Positions 27,904-42,249 of a stretch of 64,000 nucleotides of DNA are shown here, piece after piece (the stretch's first letter is position 1; each line of letters starts with the position of its first letter). The stretch lies in NCBI RefSeq assembly GCF_006345805.1, contig NC_043001.1, positions 77,066,001 to 77,130,000 of the forward strand. Direction: 5' to 3'. A program made the position numbers and the translations under genes. Under the pieces are notes generated by a model. It saw nothing but the letters and a program-made list of their open reading frames with translations. It searched no databases and had not been told where the DNA came from. Source of the DNA: Octopus sinensis (lineage: Eukaryota).

Positions 27904-28215
27904 CAACATGGAGGAAAGCACCTTTGAAAAGTGTCTTAGTGCGACTATGAAAGGTATCTAATCAGAGGCGGTAAATTCTCCACAATAGAAGCAAGGTTCG
28001 AGTCAACGGAGCGTGCAAGGGAGTACTCGACTCGAACTTGCAAAATGGAAATATTTTATTTTTACCTTTATATCTGGGACGCAGGACGTCCAGGAAAAAC
28101 AATTTTAAATGCCCCCACCCCGAAGTAGAGGTAGGCTGGATTGTAGCCACACTTCTATACAAGAGGGAGGACAAGATACAATTGATCGAAATTACAAGAG
28201 ACGGGCTAACAATTC
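27904..28215 (+). pseudogene. Downstream ORF1 fragment of host Tx1-like element E0
   Basis: NMEESTFEKCLSATMKGI...RGGKFSTIEARFES...NILFLPLYLGRRTSR, homologous to the ORF1s of E1-E3. Confidence 0.75.
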
Positions 28216-28349
28216 CAGTCTGTTATATATTTTGAGTATTTTTATCACTAGCGATATCAAGATATAACTTTGTATTTTGTATTTTATGTGTAGATGTATA
28301 TATATAGATGTACATGTAATATGTACACATATATATACACATATATACA

Positions 28350-28595
28350 TGCACTAGCACTATGACCCGGCAACGACGGGTCTTTAATGCTAGTATATAT
28401 ATATATATATACATACATAAATATATACGAGGACTTTCTGTCAGTTTCCGTCTACCAATCTACCGATCCACTCACAAGGTTTTGGTTGGCCTGGAGATTT
28501 GGTAGAAGACACCTGCCCAAGGGTACTATGCAGTGGGACTGAATCCAGAACCATATGGTTGGGAAGTAAACTTCTTGCCGCACAGTCACACCTGC
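28350..28595 (-). mobile_element. OR-type SINE fragment
   Basis: CTTTCTGTCAGTTTCCGTCTACCAA...GCAGTGGGACTGAA family motifs. Confidence 0.7.
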
Positions 28596-28975
28596 ACCGA
28601 TACACACACACACACACAAGAATAAACAAACCCCACAATGCAGCATAACACCCAACAAAACGAGGAGTGTATTAAATCCACTCCAAGGAGGTGATGAATT
28701 CCACTTGGCAACGTAAGAATGTAAATGTTGACAGGTCGCTTTCATCACTACTGCTATGGAACGAGTGACATAAATTAAAGAAAGAGAATGTCACTTTAAT
28801 AAAATAAAAAGAAGTCTTTTACGTAGGCACTCGGCCTGTATGATTTATAGCTGCACATCAGATATCGTGGTCGTTGAAGCATTTTATTAAAAGGAAAATG
28901 GCTGCAGCTAATTTTCATTTTTTTTATTGTTTAGAAATTTTAAAGAACAAGAACGGACACATTGACCAAACTGAG

Positions 28976-29087
<112 letters not shown>

Positions 29088-31911
29088 CCAACACTTCAAC
29101 GCCAAACACGAAGGATGTGCTGTCAGAGCTAGGATGCGTGCTCTAAGGAACGAAGGTGTTGGAGCCGCGAGAGAGGCCCGGGTGGCAGAGGCGCAACAGG
29201 GCAACAAAGCCACCATTCGGTCACTGGTAGATGGACAGGGGCGCGAATTGCTCGAGCCAAGTAAAATGTGTGAGGCCTTTCAGCGGCATTTTGCCCGACT
29301 GTTCGGAACGAGTGGAGGGCAAGAACGTAGGGTGGACTTCAGTGCCTACCTACATAGCTACCACGACTCTCGACAAGAAAGGCAGGGTGCTGCGAAGGTG
29401 CCATCACGGCGGCGGAAGTGCGGGAAGCGATGGCAGAATGCTCGAGGGACAAATCACCGGGTTTGGATGGTCTACCCTACGAGCTTTACAATTGTATGCC
29501 AGACTTGTTTGGAGATCTCTTGGCGGCGGTGTACTGCAACTGGCAGCAAAACGGGAGCATTCCTGTTTTGTGAGCCGAGGAGCCGTAACACTGCTGAAGA
29601 AGGATCTAAACAAGGGAAATGTAATAGATAACTTTAGGCCCATCACTCTGCTTAATGCAGACTTAAAATTTTGGCCAAGGTGCTAGCCAAGAGGTTGGCG
29701 CTTGTCATCGAGAAACTGGTCGACAGGGCGCAAACATGCGCCGTGCCAGGCCGGACCATCCATGACAACCTCCATCTGATGCGCTACATCATAGACAGGG
29801 TAGTTAACGAACCTGGCATGGGTGGGGCCCTGATCAACTTGGATCAATCAAAAGCCTTTGATAGGGTAGACCATCGATACTTGGAGGCAGTCCTGAGAGC
29901 GGCTGGTTTCGGTCCCGTCTTCCGCGGCTGGATAGCTGCCTTGTACAGAGGCATCCGTTCGGTAATTCGCGTAAATGGACATCTATCGAGACCTTTCGAC
30001 ATTGCACGTTCGGTCCGTCAGGGATGCCCCCTCTCGCGCTTCTATACGTATTGACTCTTGAGCCACTACTGCGGAAGCTGGCGACTCTAAGGGGCATCCC
30101 GCGAGAATTGGAATGCGGGACGAGCGTGTCTGCATACGCGGACGACGTCACCGTCATAGTGTCTAGCCACGAGCACATCGAGCTGGTCGGCGAGACACTG
30201 AAAACTACGAAGCGGTGACAGGAGCGAAAATCAACCGGGAAAAGTCAGTGGGCTTGCGACTAGGCACCTGGAGAAGCAAGCCCATGCCGTCCACCAGCGC
30301 CTCCGTCGTGGGACGCTGGACCGACGGCCCGGTTGAGTTGCTCGGGGTCTGGTTTGGTCCGGACCTCCAAGTGGAGAAAACTGGAACGAGATAACGAGTA
30401 GGGTGGTCACTCTCGCCCGGCAATGGGCCGAGAGGAAACTGTCCCTAAAAGGTCGAGCGGAGGTGGCGACCACGTACATCGCGTCCGTCATCTACTACCG
30501 CCTGACCGTCGTACCTTGTCCCGACCCTACCATCACCAAACTACAACGCATCCTCTTTCGCTTCTTGGGAAAGGATGCGTCCCGATGGTCAGGCGATCCA
30601 TTTGCTGTCAACCCCGTTAAAAGGAGGGCTGGGCATGCCGTGGTTGATGATGCGCAACACGCGCTGAGACTGCGACATCTCTGGCTCTATGTAGACGACG
30701 GTGAACAGGTGTGGTCGCCGTTTGTGAGGCACGCTTTCCCGCAGCTCGTCTCCATGACCGAACTGCAGTCGTGGATCAAAAAGAGGCCGAGGAAGGGCGA
30801 ATGGCACCGCGAGTGTCGCGTTGCTCTCAAGCAACTCTGCCGTCCTGGGTCGACCTTAAGTGACTTCAACACAACCAAAGCATTCTATAGGGGTTTAGTG
30901 GAGGGGAGGTACGACGACGAGCTCGGGGCGAACCTGGACGTCGACGAGGAGTACCTGACCCGCCTGTTCGGGACGACTTTCGGGCTAGGGCCCATGGACA
31001 ACTTCCAGAGATCCCTGGCCTGGCAGTGCTACCGAGAAGCGCTACCCGTTCGGGATAAGCTCTACAGACACGGCTCGAGAAACACGGGGCCGACCTGCCC
31101 GAGATGCGGTCAGAGCGACGAAACCGTTCTGCACGCACTCGTTCAGTGTCCAACAATTTCCGACCTGTGGGCTTATGTCGAACAACTGCTGTCACGTGTG
31201 GGACGAGTCGGTTTATCAGCTGAGTCTATCGTCAATGTTGTCACGCCTCCTTCCTTCAAACGGGAAGGAGAGAGCTATTTTCATCATCCTTGTGGCTATG
31301 GCGAAAGAATGTATCTGGTGGACGCGTCTGAAAGGATTGAGACAACACTTTCCTCTCTGGTCAATCTCTCATCAACTTCTTCAAGTACCACTTGAAAAGG
31401 AAAGTGAGAGTAGAGAGGCAAGTTTTGTCTAGCGAATGTTTTAAAAAAAGATGGGTGAATGTAGCAAGAATGGCACGTATGAATGACGAAGCCACCTTGA
31501 GCATAGTCCTATGAACCCAGAAATCGAAAACAGAGAGTTGCTTATTTGCAAAAAAAAAAAAAAAAAAAAGAAATATAAAATGTGACTTCATTGACCGAGG
31601 TTACCGTGGTCTTTTCCGCAGGCTTTTCTTTCCACGGGTAAACCTCACCTGTCCTCCCCTTTACATTTCATATTGACATTTCTGTGATAACGATCCCTAT
31701 TGATCATTTTTTTTTCCTCTCCCCCCTTTTTTTTTTTTTTTTTTTTTTAACCCCCCTTATTTTTGTCCTCTTTCTCTCCTTTTACGATCCCTTTTGATCG
31801 AACCTCCCCCTTCCTTTTTTTTTTTTTTTTTCTTTTTACCTTCAAAAGAAAAGCTTCTAACCTTGTAATTTGTTCTATCTGTGTGCAGCCCTGTGTGGCT
31901 ATAAAGAAACA
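29088..31911 (+). mobile_element. 5'-truncated Tx1-like LINE (E5, a different family from E3) inserted in (ATCT)n
   Basis: RT motifs LDQSKAFDRVDH, VRQGCPLS, AYADD; ZnF CPRCGQSDETVLHALVQC; T-rich 3'UTR and tail GCAGCCCTGTGTGGCTATAAAGAAAC. ATCT repeats lie on both sides. Confidence 0.9.
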
Positions 31912-32001
31912 TATCTATCTATCTATCTATCTCGTCAGTAAATCATAAATCTGAAAGAGAAGCACATTCTAAGTTATAGGGCAGTAGAGTAAATTAGATA
32001 A

Positions 32002-32100
32002 TTGTAGCCTGTCTATGGGGTTACACAGGCCTGAAGAAAAGCTGTAAAAGCAAGGGCTTTATGGACGTGAAACCATGGATAACTCCATACACCGAAACAA
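32002..32100 (+). ncRNA. Candidate type III hammerhead-ribozyme-like fold
   Basis: ATTGTA | GCCTGT..ACAGGC | CTGAAGA | AAA | GCTGTA..TACACC | GAAACAAT; see findings. Confidence 0.45.
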
Positions 32101-32110
32101 TAGATAAAAG

Positions 32111-34460
<2,350 letters not shown>

Positions 34461-34479
34461 CGTTTGTGTGTGTATATCT

Positions 34480-35620
34480 TTTATCTTTTACTTGTACCGC
34501 TGGGGTACCGCCTTCAGAAACTGTTAGTCGAATGAATCGACTCCAGTACTTATTTATGCCGAAGCGCAAACTTACGGGGACGTAAATACACCAACACACA
34601 CTATACACATAAATATATACATGACGGGCTTTCAGTTCACGTGTACCAAATCCACTCACAAGGCTTTGGTCGGCCCGAAGCTATGGGAGAAGACTCTTGC
34701 CCAAGGTGCCACGCAGTGGGACTGAACACGGAACCTTGTGGTTCGGAAGCAAACTTCGGATCTTTTCGGTTTGAACGGCAGTTTGTAACATAATTTCTAG
34801 GTAACTAAAAAATTTTAAACTTCGTATACTGGTAGAATGTGTTTATAAAACATCATTTTCTCTTGGCTTTATTGAGAAAATTCTATAGTTTGTAACATAT
34901 TTCGTCTTTAATTTCTTGCAATTCGGAAATTTTAACCAATCGCTGACCGTCCATTGAGGTGAAAGCATTCTGTGTGTCATCAATATGTCCCTCGTTTAAG
35001 AAACAGATTGGGTTTATTTACATTTGTGATGAAAAAAAAAATACCTTTCCCCCACCCCTAACCCTAACTAACCCTAACTCTAACCCTAAATCTAAAATAG
35101 ATTGAAATGCAATAGATCGATACTAGGGCTATAATTATGGGTGACAATTTCATACGACACCGCTAGGGAAAATGGGAGTTTTTGTAGCGGTGTCGTATGA
35201 AAATGTCACCCATAATTATGATCCATAATTATCGATCTATTGCATTTCAATCTATTTTAGATTTAGGGTTAGAGTTAGGGTTAGTTAGGGTTAGGGGTGG
35301 GGGAAGGGTATCTTTTTTTCATCACAAATGTAAATAAACCCAATCTGTTTCTTAAACGAGGGACATATTGATGACACACAGAATGCTTTCACCTCAATGG
35401 ACTGTCAGCGATTGGTTAAAATTGCCGAAATGCAAGAAATTAAAGACGAATTATGTTACAAACTATAGAATTTTCTCAATAAAGCCAAGAGAAAATGATG
35501 TTTTATAAACACATTCTACCAGTATACGAAGTTTAAATTTTTTTAGTTACCTAGAAATTATGTTACAAAGTGCCGTTCAAACCGAAAAGATCCCAAACTT
35601 CTTACTACACAGCCACACTT
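34480..35620 (-). mobile_element. OR-type SINE interrupted by a palindromic MITE
   Basis: Removing 34758-35601 restores GGAAGCAAACTTCTTACTACACAGCCAC. Confidence 0.75.
34758..35593. mobile_element. 836-bp fold-back MITE, Merlin-like, containing telomeric-type repeats
   Basis: ~410-bp inverted arms starting GGATCTTTTCGG, 8-bp TSD CAAACTTC (34750-34757, 35594-35601), and CCCTAA/TTAGGG units inside the arms. Confidence 0.85.
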
Positions 35621-35625
35621 GCACC

Positions 35626-35657
<32 letters not shown>

Positions 35658-35770
35658 TGTATGTATGTATGTATGTACAAAGATAAACTTACTTGGGAAT
35701 GGATGTGTGGCGTTCAATCAAATTATATATATATATATATTATATATATATATATATGCATACATATATT

Positions 35771-35803
<33 letters not shown>

Positions 35804-35806
35804 GTA

Positions 35807-36172
35807 TATAGGTATGCATATATGGGTACAGGACCTCATAAAAGTAAACAATATGGAATGCGTAAATAAAGCTGGGTACGTAAAAGTCTTATATTGCCGT
35901 TGTTTGCTCGAAATAAGGAGTAGTAGAAGGACAGTCGACAACTGATGAAGGGTTGTTTTTTATGTCACTTGTCTCGTTTTCCATTTGTTTCTCTCGTTCT
36001 TTGCGTACCCAACTTAATTTTCGCATTTCATTGTTTACGTTTTCGTATGAATAGCGAAAGCGAAACCAGTCGATATATTAAAAATCATATTAAAGCAATG
36101 TAAAGTATGTGCATTTTCCTTCTTTAATTCCTTATATATATGACGTCCTGTACCCATATATGCGTACCTATA
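35807..36172. mobile_element. Small element with 34-bp terminal inverted repeats in TA repeats (MITE or Penelope-type inverted pLTR)
   Basis: TATAGGTATGCATATATGGGTACAGGACCTCATA at 35807-35840 and its inverse at 36139-36172 (2 mismatches). Confidence 0.55.
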
Positions 36173-36203
36173 TATATATGTATGTATGTATGACTATACA
36201 TAC

Positions 36204-36264
<61 letters not shown>

Positions 36265-36639
36265 TATATATATATATATATATATATAATAATAATATTA
36301 GGGAATAAATCCAAACTTACAGGGAAAAATGAGATTTAGGATTAAATCCAATTTTATAGTATAAATATTTATATTATATTATATTAAATTAGAGATAAAA
36401 CCACTATTAGGCAAATCAAACAGTGAAAAACATAAGCCAATACATAAAATTAATTTAAAATATAAAAGTTAAAAATAAAAAATTATTTAAATAATTTAAA
36501 CTTATAAATTTTATATATATATACAAATATATATATGTATATATGTATATTTTTTTATATTTATATATTATTTTATTAATTAATTAATAAATTTTTTTAT
36601 TTTTATTTTTATTTTATTTATTTTTAATTTTTTAAATTT

Positions 36640-36694
<55 letters not shown>

Positions 36695-36834
36695 ATACAC
36701 ACACATGTTTACGAGTGAATGGACAAACGAAAGAATGAACAATACACCAGTATTAGTAACCTTGACAGCAGAGTTATCACGAATGGCAGGGGCTAGGGGC
36801 TTCCTGTCGCTAATTAAGAAAAAACTTCCACAGA

Positions 36835-37375
36835 GGCGATAAGTATTGCGAACTCTTCAACCCCCATAATGTCAAGGTGAGTTGCTCCTGCTTAGACAAT
36901 ATCACATCTAACATCGCATGCATCAGCAGACGTAAAAATGCACCCGCACCATTCCTAACACCGACCTGCAACCGTCGGAACCCCACCATATGCCCTCTAG
37001 AAGGATCCTGCTTCTTAGAGGCCGTAGTATACAGATCTACCCTTACACCATCCGATAACATTACTAGGCACTATACGAGTATGACAGCTAATGACTTCCA
37101 GGGAAGATACTCCTAGTATATGGCCTCGTTCAGATCGAGGAACAGGAAAAAACTCTTCTTCCCTGTCTCGTTTTCTCTGGAGACTCCGTGATCTCCGGGA
37201 TGATAGACCCAGCATCAAGTGGACTCTTGTCGACTAAGCACCACCATATTCCCGCGGCGCCCCCAAATGCCAGCTCTGTCTCCGTGAAAAACTGCATATC
37301 CTCCAAAAACCCGCAGTATCCATCAACAAGAAATACAATTTATCTTATTGCTGTCATCAGATGTATGCCTTTCTT
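36835..37375 (+). pseudogene. Penelope-like (Naiad/Chlamys-type) GIY-YIG endonuclease remnant
   Basis: NVKVSCSCLDNI...CNRRNPTICPLEGSCFLEAVVYRS...HYTSMTANDFQGRY...SLSRFLWRLRD...LREKLHI; matches the KVSYSC / CNC..CPL.G.C pattern. Confidence 0.75.
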
Positions 37376-37849
37376 GCAAATTTCAGGCCGCTAACTGTCG
37401 ACAACCCGGATATGCCACCTTAGTATTAGCTGCTGCTCTGCACCGCCTGCACCAACATCACCACTACCAACTAACCCCATGATCAGGATCGTCAATTACC
37501 AATCTCCAACGCATACCAGTCCCCAACGTTTATTATGCGCGTGTATACTCACTCATGCGCATGCTCACGCGTGTGTCCGCACATACTGGTATGCATGAAT
37601 ACATGCATGCGAATATACATATGTACATATAAATGAATGCATATATGTGCGTGTGCATGCATGCATGTGCATGTGTGCGTGTGCGTGCGCTCGCGCTCGT
37701 TTATATGTGTGTGTGTGTGTGTGTGGACGTGCGCGCTAGCGCCCATTTACAGATACGCACGCTCGCATCAATACACACACACACGCAAATCACATGAGCG
37801 CGTCTACACATCCACATATACAACTAAATACTTACACATACCATCCCTT

Positions 37850-38103
37850 CCAACATCAAAAATCATTCGGATGGAAAAAATATGAATTCTGTAGATGAAG
37901 TCAGAATAGTAATGGAGGAGTATTTTTCGTCACGGACAAGTGAATTTTGGAAGAGGATCCTTGCAAGTCTGCCTGATAGATGGAAGAACATTGTAGAAAG
38001 TGAAGTAGAGTATATTTTAGATTAAAAAAGAAATTTGTTTATCATAATTTTGAAAAATAAAAGACGTATAAAAACTCCGCATTATTTATGGGATGATCCA
38101 ATA
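37850..38103 (+). mobile_element. Mariner 3' fragment
   Basis: Remnant residues LPDRWKNIVESEVEY and terminal TTTATGGGATGATCCAATA. Confidence 0.65.
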
Positions 38104-38260
38104 TATATATATATATACATGGACCAAAAAATTCTTTCTAAAGAAAATACGTATTTAAATAATTAAATCTTAATGTCATGAATAGCGAAAGCGAAACCAG
38201 TCGATATATTAAAAATCATATTAAAACAATGTAAAGTATGTGCATTTTCCTTCTTTAATT

Positions 38261-38356
<96 letters not shown>

Positions 38357-38363
38357 CTATAGT

Positions 38364-39000
38364 CTGGTGAGTGGATTTGGTAAATGAAGCTAAACGAAGC
38401 CCGTTGTGTGTGTACGTGGTGTGTGGTGTGTGTGTGTGTGTGTTTGTCCCCTCATTAGCGCTTGACAACCGGTGTTTGTGTGTTTACGTTCCTGTAACTT
38501 CGCGTTTCAGCATAAAAGTCCAATAAAATAAATACCGGGCTTAAAAAAGAACAAGTACTTAAAAAAAAAAAAAGTCGATTTGTTCGACGAATATGTGGAA
38601 CTCCAGCATGGCCACAGTTACATGACTGAAACAAGTTAAAGAATAAATAAAAGTATATGCTGGAGTTCCACCTATTCGTCGAACAAATCGACTTGTTTCT
38701 TTTTTAAGCCCGGTATTTATTCTATTGGACTTTTATGCTGAAACGCTAAGTTACAGGAACGTAAACACACAAACACCGGTTGTCAAACGCTGACGAGGGG
38801 ACAAACACACACACACGTACACACACAACGGGCTTCTTTTAGCTTCCATCTACCAAATCCACTCACCAGGCTTTGGTCGGCCCGTGGTTATAGCAGAAGA
38901 CACTTGCCCTCTACAAGGTGTCATGCAGTGGAACCGAACCCAGAACCGTGTGATTGGGAAACAAGCTTCTTACCACACCTGCGCCTATCTATCTATCTAT
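38364..39000. mobile_element. Inverted pair of OR-type SINE copies
   Basis: 38364-38609 is the reverse complement of 38657-38869. Confidence 0.85.
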
Positions 39001-39218
39001 CTATACACACACGCACACACAAACATACGTACTTATGCATACGTACACACACGCACATATATATTTACATATATATAAATATATGTAAATATATGTACTA
39101 CAGGACCAAACCAAACCGTCAGCAAATCGCTAAATGCTCTCATCGATACTGACTGCTACCCCACCTCCATCAGGCTTACTACAGGACCAAACCAATCACA
39201 ACTAGCGTCACCCAATCG

Positions 39219-39300
<82 letters not shown>

Positions 39301-41654
39301 TTTGTTTCGGTCATGTAACTGCGGTGATGCTGGATCACACACATCCACCCCCACCATATATATATATATATATTAATATATATATATATATATATATATA
39401 CTATATATATATATATGTTTGTATAATTACTGACATGCAGGTATGCATACATGCATACATACATGAACACACATACATAACCTGCAGTCTTTACGTGTTT
39501 TATCTGTCAACGGATGTATTATCCCAATATCTTCTTTCTCTATGTAACCATACACACACACACACACTAACACACACACACACACTCATATATGTGTGTG
39601 TGTGTGTATAAACTCATATTCATCTAAAAGTACTGGTATATATATATGTAGACACACACACACTGGCGTCTGTATGTATACATACCTTTATTTTCCTTTT
39701 ACCTGGCTTGTCACATCACAGTGCTTGACCATTGACCTGTCACAAAATGAGATTTCTTCTCACACTCACTTTCTCGTATACCATATTACTTTTCCTCCCT
39801 ACTCTCTCTTTCTTTCTTTCTCTCCTCCCCTTCTCTTTTTTTCTGTCTCTCACTGTTTTTCTTGTCTTTCATCCTCTCCCCCCTCTCTCTCTCTATATAT
39901 ATATATAACTCTTGTTTCTTCCCTGCTCCTATCCCTTCACTCACCGGACTCTCTATTCTGCACCACACCTGTTCTTTGTCCACCACCACCGCCGCCGCCA
40001 CCTTACTACTACTACTACTACTACCACCACCACCACCACCGCCGCCGCCGCTGCTGCTGTTGCCCCATTCTCCAAATTCTCGTTCGCTACTGCTACCTCA
40101 AGAACTACAACAACCAACACTACCACTAACACAAACAACCACCGCTACATTTTCGACGTCCTCTACAATTATCTTGGCTATCAGGAGACACTGGCCTAAT
40201 CGTTCGACTTGCTAAAAGTGACAGCCAAATCTTCCTCAAATCACACTCCATATCAAAGGATACGTATTAAAATATGTAGTCCAAGAACCCATCTCTTCCC
40301 CTCGAAGGTGGGATAGTCGTCGTTGGAATTCACAGATCTATTTTGTTTGGCTGTACCTGTGGAAATTTTAGTTTAGTGAAAATTTTAAAATTTGATGTAT
40401 TGATGTAATTTTCTAAGCTGAATCTCAGGAGATATTTCATTTTTCCAGACCCCCCCCCCCAAAAAAAAAACAAAAAAGCAAAAAAAAACAGAGGTTTAAC
40501 ATTTGATAATTTTTACTCAGTCGGAAAACAGGACCGTTATTTAAAAAGCGAAAATGACTGCGTGTGTAAGCAGTTTGGTAACAGCTTGACTGATTACTAA
40601 GGACGTGGCTTTCGATTGATTAAATTTAAATTTCGATTGATTAAATTTACTAAAAATTTGCAAACTTTAAAAGCTATTAACTTTTTACTTATTGATTTAC
40701 GGTGAAAATGAATTTCCTGTCAATGATTGCTTTACAAAACTACACCAATACGCCAAATATAAAATCGATTTGAACAAAAATTGTATAAATTGAAAAGTGG
40801 CAGTCAAACAGAAGAGACCTCCTTTCATTCTGGATTTGCTCGATCACATTATCCTGAAGCAGAAAAGAAAACAAAAATAAACGTACTCTATCTATATAAC
40901 CACCACGTTCAATATACCACCAACTTCGTCGCCATGATCATCAGTACTATTACAACTACCACCACCAACACTGCTACCACTGCTGCCGCCTCCACGAACG
41001 TCATTATAACCAATTTCACTGTTACACTCTCCGTACATACACCCCTCCACCGTCAGCAAATCGCTAAATGCTCTCATCGATACTGACTGCTACCCCACCT
41101 CCATCAGGCTTACTACAGGACCAAACCAATCACAACTAGCGTCACCCAATCGTTTTCACCATCACCACTAATAACAACATCACCATTGTCATCACCATCC
41201 ACAATCACCAAGACAACACCCTCCATAACCTACTACAGCCTGTCATGAATGAATCTCAGAGTAAAAGTTTTGGTCACCCGAGGATTCCATATTATTTTAG
41301 TAAAGTATCAAGTTGTCTCCTCATCGGATTGTCAGCCATGATAAAACAAAAATACAGATCATTTGACTGGTGACGTAGCTAACAGGGGGAACGACTGATC
41401 ACAGTTTTCAAAATTGGTGCCTTTGCAACAGTTTGTTTTAAATCTCATGTAACCTTGCAGTGTACAGCATAAATGTTATGCATCTCTGTTTTATAGTTGT
41501 ACACTTAGACTGCGTGTACATCGTTTTTTAAAATTACGGTGACTTTCAGACTCATGTAGGATGAAGAAACAATTGCATTTTTATAGAAGTTAGCTGCCGT
41601 TGTGGGGGATGTCAGTCGTATGTGTGGTTGAAAGTAGCTGCATTTGTGATATAA

Positions 41655-42215
41655 TCCAAATTGCATTTGTGGCAGAAGCTAGTTGTATTTGTGGTAGAAG
41701 GTAGTTACATTTGTGGTAGAAATCAGTTACATTTACGGTAGAAACCAATTGCATTTGCATTAGAAACCAGCTGCATTTATGGTAGAAGCCAACTACATTT
41801 GTAGTCGAAGGCAGCTACAGTTGAGGTAGAAGCTAGAAAATTTGCAATAGAAGCCAGTTGCATTTGCCGTAGTAAGTGGCTGCACTTGTGATAGAAACCA
41901 GTTGCATTTGTGGTAGAAGCCAACTGCATTTATGGTAGAAGCCAACTACATTTGTGGTAGAATCCAGCTGCATTTGTGGTAGAACCAAGTTGCATAGGCA
42001 GTAAAAAACTAACCGCACTAGTCGTAGAAGCCAACTGCATTTGTGGTAGAAACCGACTGTATTTACCGTTGAAGCCAGATGCATTTGTGGTGGAACCTAG
42101 CTACACATGTAAAAGTCAATTGCACTTGTGGTAGAAACCAAATGCTTTAGTGGTGGAGGCCAGCAGCATTTGTGGTAAAAGCCAGTTGCACTTGCGACAA
42201 AAAACTGCACTTGTT
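41655..42215. repeat. Degenerate ~21-22-bp minisatellite (GCATTTGTGGTAGAAGCCA(G/A)CT)
   Basis: About 25 diverged tandem units. Confidence 0.85.
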
Positions 42216-42249
42216 GATCTCATCTTCATCGGTCGCCATTTTAATTATT

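Noticed and set aside
35045-35310. TTAGGG/CCCTAA repeats as a telomere or fusion point
   Set aside because: Short, degenerate and internal to a MITE bounded by a TSD.
35935-35960. CTGATGA hammerhead core
   Set aside because: No downstream GAAA or stem II/III could be formed.
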